Source: Patescibacteria group bacterium
GTDB lineage: Bacteria > Patescibacteriota > Patescibacteriia > JACRDY01
DNA: 64,000 bases
Direction of reading: 5' to 3'
Assembly: GCA_041671565.1 (NCBI GenBank)
Contig: JBAZBH010000001.1
Coordinates: forward strand, 71,552 to 135,551
The stretch's first letter is position 1. Every line of letters begins with the position of its first letter. This document shows positions 20,219 to 29,228 of the stretch, in pieces. Both the position numbers and the translations under genes were made by a program. The notes under the pieces were generated by a model. It was not told the DNA's origin. It did not search any database and saw only the letters and a list, made by a program, of their open reading frames with translations.

Positions 20219-20775
20219 GTACCGTCAGTTAAAAATACTTGCAACGGATTTTCCACTTCTTGGCCGTCAATGGTATAAGTTGCTTTTTGTTCGCCCCCGT
20301 CTAAATCCAAACTAACACTTGTCCCGGTTGATTCGGCGGCTGCAACATTTTTATAGTATTCCGCGGCGACCTTTCTCGCGCTTTCCGTATAATTGCATTC
20401 CATTTTTCCGCCGTTTGGCATTTGCTCTATATATTTACATTTGCCACTAACGATACCGGCAACTTCTTTTTGCAGTGTTTCTTTGGTTAACAGATGAACA
20501 AATTGACATTTGTACTTTGAACAAGCGTTCAATTTATCCGGAAACGCGCTGCAATCAGCCGCCACGGCAATATTTTTTGGTTGAGCGGGCGGTGCGGCAG
20601 TTTCCGCAGATTTTTGCGCCACCGCTGGTTGCTCTGACTTCGCTGGCGCTGGTTGATTGGTAGTTACCATTCCTTCTAGCGCTGGCGTTTGAGCTACCGG
20701 ATCCTTGGCGCAACCAGCCCCCATTAGCAGAAAAATTACCACAACTCCGACGACGAGGTAGAGTTTTTTGTTCAT
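20197..20775 (-). CDS. Putative lipoprotein (hypothetical)
   Basis: Signal peptide ending LLMGAGC; Pro/Ala-rich linker. Confidence 0.5.
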   Translation of the reverse strand: MNKKLYLVVGVVVIFLLMGAGCAKDPVAQTPALEGMVTTNQPAPAKSEQPAVAQKSAETAAPPAQPKNIAVAADCSAFPDKLNACSKYKCQFVHLLTKETLQKEVAGIVSGKCKYIEQMPNGGKMECNYTESARKVAAEYYKNVAAAESTGTSVSLDLDGGEQKATYTIDGQEVENPLQVFLTDGTCVISGY

Positions 20776-20955
20776 AAATGAAGTATTTTATAGTAAATTA
20801 CCCTATCGCGTTAAGGCGTGGAGACACCAGAAATTATAACCTATTTTGCGATTCTGGACAAATTAAAAGTGGCTCCTAGCCGATGATTGATTGGGCTCGG
20901 CCGCGACTGGTCGCGCCTAACACCAATTATCACTGACTAGCAGCCACTTTTTCCT

Positions 20956-22113
20956 TTATTCTTTGTTAGCTAAAGTATATTTTTTATCGGCTAACTTCTT
21001 GAATTTATCCTTATTCATCAAGGCCAAGTTAATCGTCGCTTTTTTAACTAGCCGTTGCTTGGCGACTTCCACCGCGATTTCGTCTTTGGAAAGCGGGCTT
21101 TTCTGCGCCAAAACCTTGGCAATCACCTCGGTGACCGTGCCGGTTTCATAACCCCATTCTTTCAGGGCGTAAATGCCGCGGCCGATCAAGACATAGCGGC
21201 TGTCCAGAATCAATTCATTATGAATCGTCGCCGGTAAAGCTTTTTTGTGGTCAAATTTAGTCTGATTAATCAGTTCGGCAATCTCGGTAAAATGGAGCGG
21301 CTTGCCGGCTTCTTTCATCACCAAATAAATCTTGTCAGCCATCCGTTTCGGCGTGATCGAGCTCCAGTGGCTCATACCCACCTGACCAAAAAGATTTTTC
21401 TTAATCCGCTTGCTGGTATGGATATAAGACGAAACCGCTTCGTCCAGATCTAAGCCTGTTTGCTTCATTTCCGGCAGATTGCTGATTTTCTCGCTCAACT
21501 CGCGGTAAAAATCCTGATTTTTGAGCAGGCGGAAAAATTCATCAACTTTCACCGGCTGGCCGTTAGTATTGATCAGAGCCACTAATTTTTCAATCACTTC
21601 TTCCACCAACTCCCAAGGGGTTTCTTTTAGCTTCCAAGAATCGTGGAAATGATCGCGATTTTCTATTTTTTCAAATTTATTGGCGAGCAACTGGGAAATA
21701 ATAAAGGCGAGAGACTTTTTGTGTTGCAACACTTCTTCTTCCGCGAGATCCTTGGAGGAAAGGCCATAGAAATCAACCAAGCTGTCCAACAGCCGGTCTT
21801 CTTGCATCGCGCCGCCGTATTTCCGCAAAAATTTATTAATTGTCGCCTCAATCTCGTTGAGGTTGTCCAAAACCCCAGATTGTTCCAGTTTTTCTTTCAT
21901 TTTTTTAAGGCCGTCCCGTTCAATCTGCCGCACCCGTTCGCGAGTGACTTTATAGTCCTGGCCGATTTTCTCCAGAGTTTCTTTCCGTTTTAGGCCTTTA
22001 AGCAAGCTATGCCGGCGGGACAAAACATCTTTTTCCCGAATTGAAAGCAAGCTAAACAAACGAGTGAGGACTTCGTTGAAATTAATGTTAGTGGTTTTAG
22101 TCTCGGTGTCCAT
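20956..22113 (-). CDS. Sigma-70 region-4 HTH plus C-terminal HARE-HTH domain protein (putative transcription factor)
   Basis: N-terminus ETLEKIGQDYKVTRERVRQIERDGLKKMK (sigma-70 region 4); C-terminus ...VLIGRGIYALKEWGY (HARE-HTH signature). Confidence 0.55.
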   Translation of the reverse strand: MDTETKTTNINFNEVLTRLFSLLSIREKDVLSRRHSLLKGLKRKETLEKIGQDYKVTRERVRQIERDGLKKMKEKLEQSGVLDNLNEIEATINKFLRKYGGAMQEDRLLDSLVDFYGLSSKDLAEEEVLQHKKSLAFIISQLLANKFEKIENRDHFHDSWKLKETPWELVEEVIEKLVALINTNGQPVKVDEFFRLLKNQDFYRELSEKISNLPEMKQTGLDLDEAVSSYIHTSKRIKKNLFGQVGMSHWSSITPKRMADKIYLVMKEAGKPLHFTEIAELINQTKFDHKKALPATIHNELILDSRYVLIGRGIYALKEWGYETGTVTEVIAKVLAQKSPLSKDEIAVEVAKQRLVKKATINLALMNKDKFKKLADKKYTLANKE

Positions 22114-22199
22114 ATTAATGGTTTATTTATTTATATAAAATATGATGTAATATAACAAGCAAATTTATAGCTAATTTAAGCTATTTTCTAGAGTTATAC

Positions 22200-22235
22200 T
22201 TTGAAACAACTGTAGTATATCATTTATCTTTTACA
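22200..22235 (-). promoter_or_regulatory. Strong sigma70-like promoter (TTGACA, 17 bp spacer, TATACT on the minus strand) upstream of 20956-22113
   Basis: Minus-strand read cgtccTTGACAgtgtaaaagataaatgaTATACTacag. Confidence 0.55.
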
Positions 22236-22316
22236 CTGTCAAGGACGAATATATTTTTAATCAATGTCACCGCGCGTGGCCAAATTTTTATTTAAAACAA
22301 ACTTAAAAATGATTGA

Positions 22317-22400
22317 ATATGGTTTTATGGTTTTATGGCTCTATGGTTGGATAAGTTAAAGAGTCTAACCATAAAGCCATAAAGCCATAAAGCCATAAAC
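22317..22400. repeat. Intergenic palindromic repeat, family B copy
   Basis: ggttttatggttttatggctctatggttggataagttaaagagtctaaccataaagccataaagccataaagccataaac. Confidence 0.7.
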
Positions 22401-22458
22401 TTACTTAAAAACCCCGCCACAGCGAGGTCTCCACCTAACAACTTAACGACCTATCAAC

Positions 22459-23148
22459 CTAACCAATAACCGTTCCCTTAAATTTACCGCTATTAAGATA
22501 ACCTTCAAAATTTTTCAGATCGCGGCCGGCCATAATCAAAACCGGCAAATGTTTTTTGGCGGCCAGACGGCTGGCAATCGGATCAAACGGCAAATTGGCG
22601 CCCGGCGTCCATTTCTTGCCAACCAGTTTTAAAAAATCCAACCAGCTGATTTTTTCTAGTTTCTTGGCATTCTTATCTTTTCGTGGGTCGGCGCTATAAA
22701 CGAAATCAATATTAGAAAGGTTGATCACAACGCTCGCGCCATGACCAATGGCCAGCTTGACCGCGTCAAAATCCGTGGAAAATCCCGGGCGCCAACCGGC
22801 GCCAATGAGAATTGGCCGATTAAACCTTTCGACCTTAAACGGCTTAGTATTAATTTTCGGCTGAGCGTATTGCCGGAAAATTGTCCGGAGTAAATGCCCA
22901 TTCAACCGCGTGGCATAGATGCCGATCCAATCAATATCCTCTGGCACCAGTTGGCCCACCTTTTTAGCCGCGCCCTGATAGATCCGCGCCGTCTTACCGC
23001 CGCCGACCACAATAATAAACCGCGTGCCCTTTTTCACCTGGCGGATGATAATCGCTTTAAACTTTTTGAGAAACAAATAATCAATTATCCCCTCCTCTGG
23101 CGCCACCACCGAACCGCCGAGCGAGATTACCACGGTTTTCTTATTCAT
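22459..23148 (-). CDS. pyrH: UMP kinase (archaeal-type amino-acid-kinase fold)
   Basis: ISLGGSV, IVVGGGKTARIY, GFSTD, DFVYSADPRKDKNAKK align with archaeal PyrH. Confidence 0.7.
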   Translation of the reverse strand: MNKKTVVISLGGSVVAPEEGIIDYLFLKKFKAIIIRQVKKGTRFIIVVGGGKTARIYQGAAKKVGQLVPEDIDWIGIYATRLNGHLLRTIFRQYAQPKINTKPFKVERFNRPILIGAGWRPGFSTDFDAVKLAIGHGASVVINLSNIDFVYSADPRKDKNAKKLEKISWLDFLKLVGKKWTPGANLPFDPIASRLAAKKHLPVLIMAGRDLKNFEGYLNSGKFKGTVIG

Positions 23149-23151
23149 AAA

Positions 23152-23670
23152 TTAGGCTTTAAATATAAACTTTTCATTAGGCTTGCCTTCGGTTCGCCAG
23201 TCGCGGTTTTGATTCAGTTTCATTTTTGCCGCCACGGCCGCGTTTAAATCAATTTTAAATTTTTCTGACATGGCAATCAAATAAGCGGCGGCTAAAACTA
23301 GCTTCTCTTTAAACTCCGCCAACCGGCCGCGCCGATAGTCTTCCCATGTTTGAGAGATCAATAAATGCAGCCGTAAAATTTGTTCATTCGCGCCAGCCGT
23401 TATAAACTCCGACGGCGTTTCAGGCAAAATCAAAAAATCAACCTCGTAGATACCACCTAAATGCAAAATCCTGATTAAAACATCGGCCAGTTCCTCGGCC
23501 ACGCCATCTTTGCCGTCAACTTGATTTTTCAGACTTGCCTCAAACACTTCGGAAATCTCGGAGTGAATCAAGACCGCCTTTTCGGCCACCAAAATTTCTT
23601 CTGGTCGCACACCAAAATTTTGCGCCGCCGCCAGAGCCATTACTTCTTGTTTTATCTGTTCTAAATTCAT
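23152..23670 (-). CDS. MazG-like nucleotide pyrophosphohydrolase
   Basis: EISEVFEA...AEELADVLIRILHL EExxE/D motifs. Confidence 0.65.
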   Translation of the reverse strand: MNLEQIKQEVMALAAAQNFGVRPEEILVAEKAVLIHSEISEVFEASLKNQVDGKDGVAEELADVLIRILHLGGIYEVDFLILPETPSEFITAGANEQILRLHLLISQTWEDYRRGRLAEFKEKLVLAAAYLIAMSEKFKIDLNAAVAAKMKLNQNRDWRTEGKPNEKFIFKA

Positions 23671-23743
23671 ATTTTTTTAGCAACAACCGCGAACTTTTTA
23701 CTTTTGACTTGTGCTTTTGAATTTTGACTTTTGCCTTTTGACT

Positions 23744-24766
23744 TTATTTCAAGTACTTCGCTTTCGCCCGATTATGTTCTTCCAATGTCTGACTATAAAT
23801 CACTTCGCCCTCCGGTGTGGTCAGAAAATACCAATAATCATTCGCTGTCGGCTCGGTCGCGGCGATGATGGCGTCCAGGCCGGGATTATTGATCGGCCCA
23901 GGCGGTAGTCCGCGGTATTTATAAGTATTATAAGGCGAATCAATTTTTTTATCTTTAGCGGAAATCGACGGCGTTTTTTTGCCGGTGAGGTAATTAACGG
24001 TTGAGTCGGCCTGCAAAGCCATGCCGATTTTCAGCCGGCGCCAAAAAATATCGGCAACTATTCGCCGGTCAGCAGTATCATTGACTTCTCGCTCCAAAAT
24101 ACTTGCCATGGTCAAAACTTCGTGGAGCGTGTGGCCGCTCGCTTTTATTTTCGCCCACAAATCCGGGGTGACTTTATTGCCAAAATTAGCGAGCATTTTA
24201 TTTATCACCGCTTCCGGGTCGCTGTTATTATAAAAATTATAAGTGTCCGGGAAAAGGTAGCCCTCCAGATCAACTCCAGCTGGCAAAACATCCAAAAAAT
24301 CAAACTGATATTTTTTTGTCAGCGCCGTTTGCCAGTCTTTCAGGTAACCGGCCCGCGAGCCGCTAGCGCCATCATAACTAAATAAATTATCCACTAAATA
24401 TTCGCCGAACTGCTGGTTAGTTAAACCTTCCACTAAAGTTAACCTTTTTTCGTTACTACTCCAGCCGTAAGTGATAATATTGGCCAGCTCGCGCAAACTT
24501 AAACTTGGCCGTAACTGGTAATCACCGGCCTGAATCTTGCCGCTACGGCGGAGGAGGAAGAGATAAACTTTAAAATTAAACTGGCTGTTGATCAAACCCA
24601 CAGCTGACAGATTGGCACTGATTTCACCGACGCCCTCACCCGGCTTAATCACAAAAGACTGGTCAACTTCGCCCGCCCCGCGATCCTGCCAAAAAACATC
24701 GCCGAGGAAGTAGGCGGACCAGAGGACGGCTAAAATCACGATGACAGTTAGTATTTTATTTTTCAT
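23744..24766 (-). CDS. mltG: Endolytic murein transglycosylase MltG (YceG-like)
   Basis: N-terminal TM; YNTYKYRGLPPGPINNPG motif. Confidence 0.8.
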   Translation of the reverse strand: MKNKILTVIVILAVLWSAYFLGDVFWQDRGAGEVDQSFVIKPGEGVGEISANLSAVGLINSQFNFKVYLFLLRRSGKIQAGDYQLRPSLSLRELANIITYGWSSNEKRLTLVEGLTNQQFGEYLVDNLFSYDGASGSRAGYLKDWQTALTKKYQFDFLDVLPAGVDLEGYLFPDTYNFYNNSDPEAVINKMLANFGNKVTPDLWAKIKASGHTLHEVLTMASILEREVNDTADRRIVADIFWRRLKIGMALQADSTVNYLTGKKTPSISAKDKKIDSPYNTYKYRGLPPGPINNPGLDAIIAATEPTANDYWYFLTTPEGEVIYSQTLEEHNRAKAKYLK

Positions 24767-24852
24767 GATGACGAAGAATAGCGAATAGTGAATAGTGAAT
24801 GGTGAAGCCGCATTTCCCGCTATTCACTATTCACTATTCTTTGTTTATTAAA

Positions 24853-25932
24853 TCAAATAAACTTTTTCTTGTCCCCGGCCTCCAACTCCGCCACAATCTT
24901 CTTCACTTCCTGCGAACGGCTCTGCGGACAAATCAGCAACGCGTCCGGCGTGTCAACGATCGCCAAATCCTCTACCCCGATGGTCGCGATCATCTTGCCA
25001 GCCGGGCCGTAGATTAAGCAATTTTTGGTGTCCAACCCCAGCCATTCGGCTTTGATCAAATTGCCGTTCGCGTCAGCCTGGCCTTTAAGTTTATCAAACA
25101 AAACATCCCAGGCGCCAATGTCGCTCCAACCAAAGTCGCCTTTGATAATCAAAACATTTTTTGGGTCCATTTTCTCGGTCACGGCGTAGTCAATGGAAAT
25201 CTTTTCTAACCGAGAATATTCTTCGGCTAATAACTTTTGGTCGTCGCTCGCTCGCGCCACTTTAACTTTCATTAAACCGGTATAAACGGCCGGCGCGTAC
25301 GCCTCATAAGCCGCTAAAAATTTAGCCGGCGTCCACATATAATAACTGGCATGCCAGAGATAGTCGCCCTCGGCGAGATATTCTTGCGCCTTTTCCAGAT
25401 TCGGCTTCTCCACATGGCCTTTGAAATTATAGACTTCCACACCGTCTTCATCGAGGTATTTCTCGCCGATCCGCGTATAACCCAGAACCGTGCTGGGGTA
25501 ATTGGCCGTCACGGCAATATCCAGGAGCCGGCCTTCGGCTTTAATTAGCCGCTCACCCACTTTTAAACAATTTAAAAACTTTTTGACATCGCCGATATAA
25601 TGATCCGACGGAATAAACGCCATTGGCTCGTCCGGAAATTTCTCGGCGAGAACCAAAGCCACAAAACCCATGGCCGGACCGGTGTCGCGCTTTGCCGGCT
25701 CAATAATAATATTCTCTGCCGGAAAATTTTTAACCTTCTCTTGAAACAGCGGCAAAAGCTCCGCGGTCAGCGAAACAAAAATATCGCCGGCTGGATAATC
25801 AAAAAAGCGGTCAATGGTTTCCTGCAGTAAAATCCGGTCGCCGATAATCGGCGTGAACTGCTTGGGCAGATTTTTCCGGCTCAGTGGCCACAGCCTAGTG
25901 CCGCCGCCGCCGGCGAGGATGATAATTTTCAT
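24853..25932 (-). CDS. Mannose-1-phosphate guanylyltransferase-like NTP transferase
   Basis: IILAGGGGTRLWPLSRKNLPKQF nucleotidyltransferase signature. Confidence 0.75.
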   Translation of the reverse strand: MKIIILAGGGGTRLWPLSRKNLPKQFTPIIGDRILLQETIDRFFDYPAGDIFVSLTAELLPLFQEKVKNFPAENIIIEPAKRDTGPAMGFVALVLAEKFPDEPMAFIPSDHYIGDVKKFLNCLKVGERLIKAEGRLLDIAVTANYPSTVLGYTRIGEKYLDEDGVEVYNFKGHVEKPNLEKAQEYLAEGDYLWHASYYMWTPAKFLAAYEAYAPAVYTGLMKVKVARASDDQKLLAEEYSRLEKISIDYAVTEKMDPKNVLIIKGDFGWSDIGAWDVLFDKLKGQADANGNLIKAEWLGLDTKNCLIYGPAGKMIATIGVEDLAIVDTPDALLICPQSRSQEVKKIVAELEAGDKKKFI

Positions 25933-25934
25933 GG

Positions 25935-26050
25935 GGGTAGGATGATAAGTTGATAAGTCGTTAGGTAGTTAGGTAGTTAGGTTATTAGGTTGTTATGGTC
26001 CCACTTCGATTAAACCTAACGACTTAACAACCTAACCACTTAATAACTAG
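25935..26050. repeat. Intergenic palindrome, family G (taggttgttaggt-type units)
   Basis: taggtagttaggttattaggttgtta...taacaacctaaccacttaataac; relatives at 3883-3925 and 22422-22470. Confidence 0.65.
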
Positions 26051-26097
26051 TTTAGTTTACTATAAAACCAAGGAAATGCCAAGAAAAAATTAAAACC

Positions 26098-27168
26098 TTA
26101 ATTATCGACCAGTGATTCCGATGGATTTTGGCGGCCTTGAGTTATCTTCCAAACTTTTCGTTCAATTTTGCGTCCCCGACAATGTTTTAAAACTCCTAGA
26201 TATGATTGCAACGACTGATTAAACGACGCTTCGGTGATTAGGGTTTGTTCTAACATTTGCTTCTTCAAACGAATTTTCTTCAGCATCCGCTTTTTGGTTT
26301 TAGTCCGCAGAACAATATAACGCGGCAAGCTGACATAACCGAGAAAATCCACGCCTTGGCTGAATTTCTGGATAAAAACCTTGCCGGGGTGAAGTTCTAG
26401 CAATAGTTCCTGCTGTAAAAATTGCCTAATTTTTGTTAAGACGGATTTTAAATAATCTGAATTTTCATGAATGATAACAAAATCATCGGCGTAGCGAATA
26501 TAATGTTTGATTTTAAGCTGATGTTTTATGAACTGGTCAAAGACATTCATATAAATATTAACGAAAAGTTGGGAAGTGAGGTTGCCAAGCGGCAAGCCTT
26601 TACCGGGCGCGGTGGAAAAACTTTTAATAACTTTATCCAAAAGCCACCGAATATCCGCATTAGGTATATATTGGCTTGAAATTTTCAAGAGTATCTGATG
26701 GTTAATGCTGGCAAAAAACTTTCTGATATCGCCTTGTAAAACCCAAAAACCCCGAGTATTATTGCGGCTGACTTTATTAGCCATTCTTCTAAAATTACTA
26801 ACGGCTTTATGGGTGCCTTTATCCAGTCGGCAAGAATAGGAATTAGTAATAAAAGTTCTGTCAAAAAACGGATAAAGCTGGCGGTAAATGGCGTGATGCA
26901 ATAAGCGGTCGCGAACCGAGGCCTTATGGATATCGCGCGGTTTCGGGTCAAAGACTTTAAAATGTTCGTAACCGCCGTGTTGATAAGTTTGGTTTTTCAA
27001 ATCGTGGTGAAGTGCTAAGATGTTATTCATCAGCCGAGCGGAAAACTCCTGTACATCGCGCCGATCCCGTTTGCCTCTTAAAAACTCCGGCCAGGCTAAA
27101 AGCAGGTTTTCTAAAGAAATAATTTCTTCAAAACTATGACCGAATTGGATTTTCATACTACTAATCAT
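26098..27168 (-). CDS. Diversity-generating retroelement reverse transcriptase
   Basis: RT motifs: YADDFVII catalytic box; LPLGNLTSQLFVNIY (DGR-type GxxxSQ in place of QGxxxSP); RDIHKASVRDRLLHHAI. Start probably MKIQFGH. Confidence 0.85.
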   Translation of the reverse strand: MISSMKIQFGHSFEEIISLENLLLAWPEFLRGKRDRRDVQEFSARLMNNILALHHDLKNQTYQHGGYEHFKVFDPKPRDIHKASVRDRLLHHAIYRQLYPFFDRTFITNSYSCRLDKGTHKAVSNFRRMANKVSRNNTRGFWVLQGDIRKFFASINHQILLKISSQYIPNADIRWLLDKVIKSFSTAPGKGLPLGNLTSQLFVNIYMNVFDQFIKHQLKIKHYIRYADDFVIIHENSDYLKSVLTKIRQFLQQELLLELHPGKVFIQKFSQGVDFLGYVSLPRYIVLRTKTKKRMLKKIRLKKQMLEQTLITEASFNQSLQSYLGVLKHCRGRKIERKVWKITQGRQNPSESLVDN

Positions 27169-27186
27169 ACCCCCCCCCAACGGTTT

Positions 27187-27552
27187 TTGCCAGTCGTAGA
27201 AAAGGCCAAAACTGTTTATAAAAACTGGACAATAATTCATCGCGCTCTTCCCCGAGTTGAACGATTTGGCCTAGGGACAAAAATTGATTTTGTATTTCTT
27301 GAGCTTCTGGAATTATTAAGAAAATCGTCTTACACGCCAATTATCCAAAAAATAAATCTGCTGAGCGACGCTTTGGACAAAACTGATTCTCTGCGTTTTT
27401 TTATTCAGCTTCTTTGGGAATTAAAGCTGATTCCCAACCATCAATTCTCCAGCCTCGGCAGTGAAATAGAAAATATCGGCCGGATGATAAATGGCTGGAA
27501 AAAAGGACTAGTAATAAAAACTTCCGCCACTCAAGCGGAAGAAAGAAAATAG
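27187..27552 (+). CDS. avd: Avd-like accessory variability determinant (four-helix-bundle, 23S-rRNA-IVS family)
   Basis: ERFGLGTKIDFVFLELLELL...SEIENIGRMINGWKKGL pattern. Possible TTG start at 27187; the ATG at 27136 would overlap the RT. Lies on the opposite strand to the RT and TR. Confidence 0.55.
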   Translation: MPVVEKAKTVYKNWTIIHRALPRVERFGLGTKIDFVFLELLELLRKSSYTPIIQKINLLSDALDKTDSLRFFIQLLWELKLIPNHQFSSLGSEIENIGRMINGWKKGLVIKTSATQAEERK

Positions 27553-27648
27553 TCGCGGGAAATGAGGCGGTTGCCGGCGTTCCACTCATTCGGGTTCTCG
27601 ACCGAATTGGCGTTGACATTCCAACTGTCGTCGTTCCAGTTCGCGTTC
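27545..27648 (-). other. DGR template repeat (TR)
   Basis: 104-bp repeat of the VR; minus-sense sequence is AAC/AAT-rich (gtgAACgcgAACtggAACgacgacagttggAATgtcAACgccAAT...). Confidence 0.85.
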
Positions 27649-28010
27649 ACGGCCCACATTAACGCGCCTTATGCCATCTCTGCCACCGCCCCTTGTCCGC
27701 CAACTGGCGGACTTGGGGTTGTATTTTATTTGGGGCATAAAAAGCCCGCCAGTATAAGGCGCCGATTCTTTTCTTTTTTAATAAAATGCATGGCAACTCT
27801 TGTTTAAGGCAATACCCGAAACAATTCTCTGGCCAGACATTTTAAGACGCTCCGCGAAAGCCGTAGCCGCCGCGCCAAAGCAATCCTGATTTGTATTATA
27901 ACAGAAATAAAAAGACCCTTCTACTCCTTCGCCGTTGCGAAGTTTCAAAGGGTCTGAGATTCTCAGAGTCTAATCCGCCTGCTGGCGGCAAAAGATCTAA
28001 GGATCAAGAA

Positions 28011-28613
28011 TCAGCGGGAAACGAGGCGGGAGCCGGCGTCCCACCCAATCGGGTGCCCGACCGAAAAGGCGTTGACACTCCAACTGCCGTCGTACCAGCT
28101 CGCGTTCACGGCCCACAATGTTCCGTCGGTGGCACGAATGTAAAAGATATTCGCGTAACCATCTGCCCGGAGTGTGCCCTCCTCGCCCTTGGATTGTTTT
28201 TTAATCAGTTCCCAAAGGTGAAATAGGCTGGTTTCGTGCCGGTCGCCGAGCTCGGCGATAATCGACGCGTCCAGTGAGTTTTTGATAAACTCGTAAACGG
28301 TGAGGGTTGCCCCCGCGACCACGGTTTCAGTCTTCCCCAAGAAGTTCTGCTTGAAATTGTCGCTGAGCCAAAGCTTTACGCCCGTCTCATTGTCGGCCTT
28401 GAAGTGGTCGGCCGCGACGAACTTCTCCGCGCCGGCCACCGCGATGGTGGTGATAAATTTGAGAAGTTTCGACCATGGGTTCTCCCGACGGAGAAACCGC
28501 TTGAAAGCCTCCAACCACTGCAAGCCGTCCTTACCCGCCAACTTATCAAAAAAATCCTTGAGCGGTCCGACCACTTGGGCCAGAGCGTCGCCGAGCATGT
28601 CTTGTGTCGACAT
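28011..28613 (-). CDS. DGR target protein (200 aa) with C-terminal variable C-type-lectin-like region
   Basis: C-terminus ...WAVNASWYDGSWSVNAFSVGHPIGWDAGSRLVSR encoded by the VR; stop codon abuts the VR end. Confidence 0.75.
   Translation of the reverse strand: MSTQDMLGDALAQVVGPLKDFFDKLAGKDGLQWLEAFKRFLRRENPWSKLLKFITTIAVAGAEKFVAADHFKADNETGVKLWLSDNFKQNFLGKTETVVAGATLTVYEFIKNSLDASIIAELGDRHETSLFHLWELIKKQSKGEEGTLRADGYANIFYIRATDGTLWAVNASWYDGSWSVNAFSVGHPIGWDAGSRLVSR
28014..28117 (-). other. DGR variable repeat (VR) at the 3' end of the target gene
   Basis: Differs from the TR at 15 positions, every one a TR adenine (minus sense): T to C/G/A on the plus strand. Confidence 0.85.
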
Positions 28614-28837
28614 GGTCAGCCTCCTTTCTTGAAGCGCCGCCTCGGAATTGAGGCGAGCATTCTAGAAATCAGCCGCGGCTGACAGCCAAAACGCTCGTCT
28701 CAAAGTAATTTTTGTTAATGTACTAACTGGTTATCATAGCGTAAAACTATATTTCTGTCAATGATTTTAGATATTTTTACTCTAATTTTAAACATTTTAT
28801 GGATATTTTAACAAACAAAAAAACAGACCGTGCCTAC

Positions 28838-28905
28838 TTTCCCGCTATTCCCTATTCCCTATTATCTATTCGCCTGCCTGCGCAGGCAGGCTATTCGCTT
28901 TTAAT
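28838..28905. repeat. Intergenic palindrome, family I (ctattccctattccc / gcctgcctgcgcaggcaggc)
   Basis: Relative at 24775-24845 (gaatagtgaatagtgaat...ctattcactattcactattc). Confidence 0.6.
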
Positions 28906-28907
28906 TT

Positions 28908-29228
28908 TTACAACTTCGAAATAATATAAATCAACTTAAGATTCAACTTATTGCGGTTATAGACATTGCAAACTTTGCCTTTCGGGATATAAATCATTTC
29001 ATCTTTTTTCAGCTTGTAAACTTCGTTGTCCACGACCGCCCAGGCAATCCCCTGCAAAACACCGAGGACTTCGCGCTGGCCCGTGGTTTTATGAACGCCC
29101 AGATTTTCTTTCGGCTTTAAAAAAAGATAGCTGGCGCGGAGGTTTCTCGCCGGGAAAAATTCCATGATCTGCTCCAGGCGGCTAAACGATTTGATCGCCA
29201 CCTGGTCGCTTTTAGCGATTTTAGGCAT
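28908..29228 (-). CDS. Cupin domain protein
   Basis: Cupin_2-like G(X)5HxH...Pxg pattern (GVHKTTGQREVLGVLQG...MIYIPKG). Confidence 0.55.
   Translation of the reverse strand: MPKIAKSDQVAIKSFSRLEQIMEFFPARNLRASYLFLKPKENLGVHKTTGQREVLGVLQGIAWAVVDNEVYKLKKDEMIYIPKGKVCNVYNRNKLNLKLIYIISKL

Noticed and set aside
27891-28226. Plus-strand 111-aa ORF across the DGR VR.
   Set aside because: It is antisense to the DGR target gene; its composition is driven by the VR sequence.
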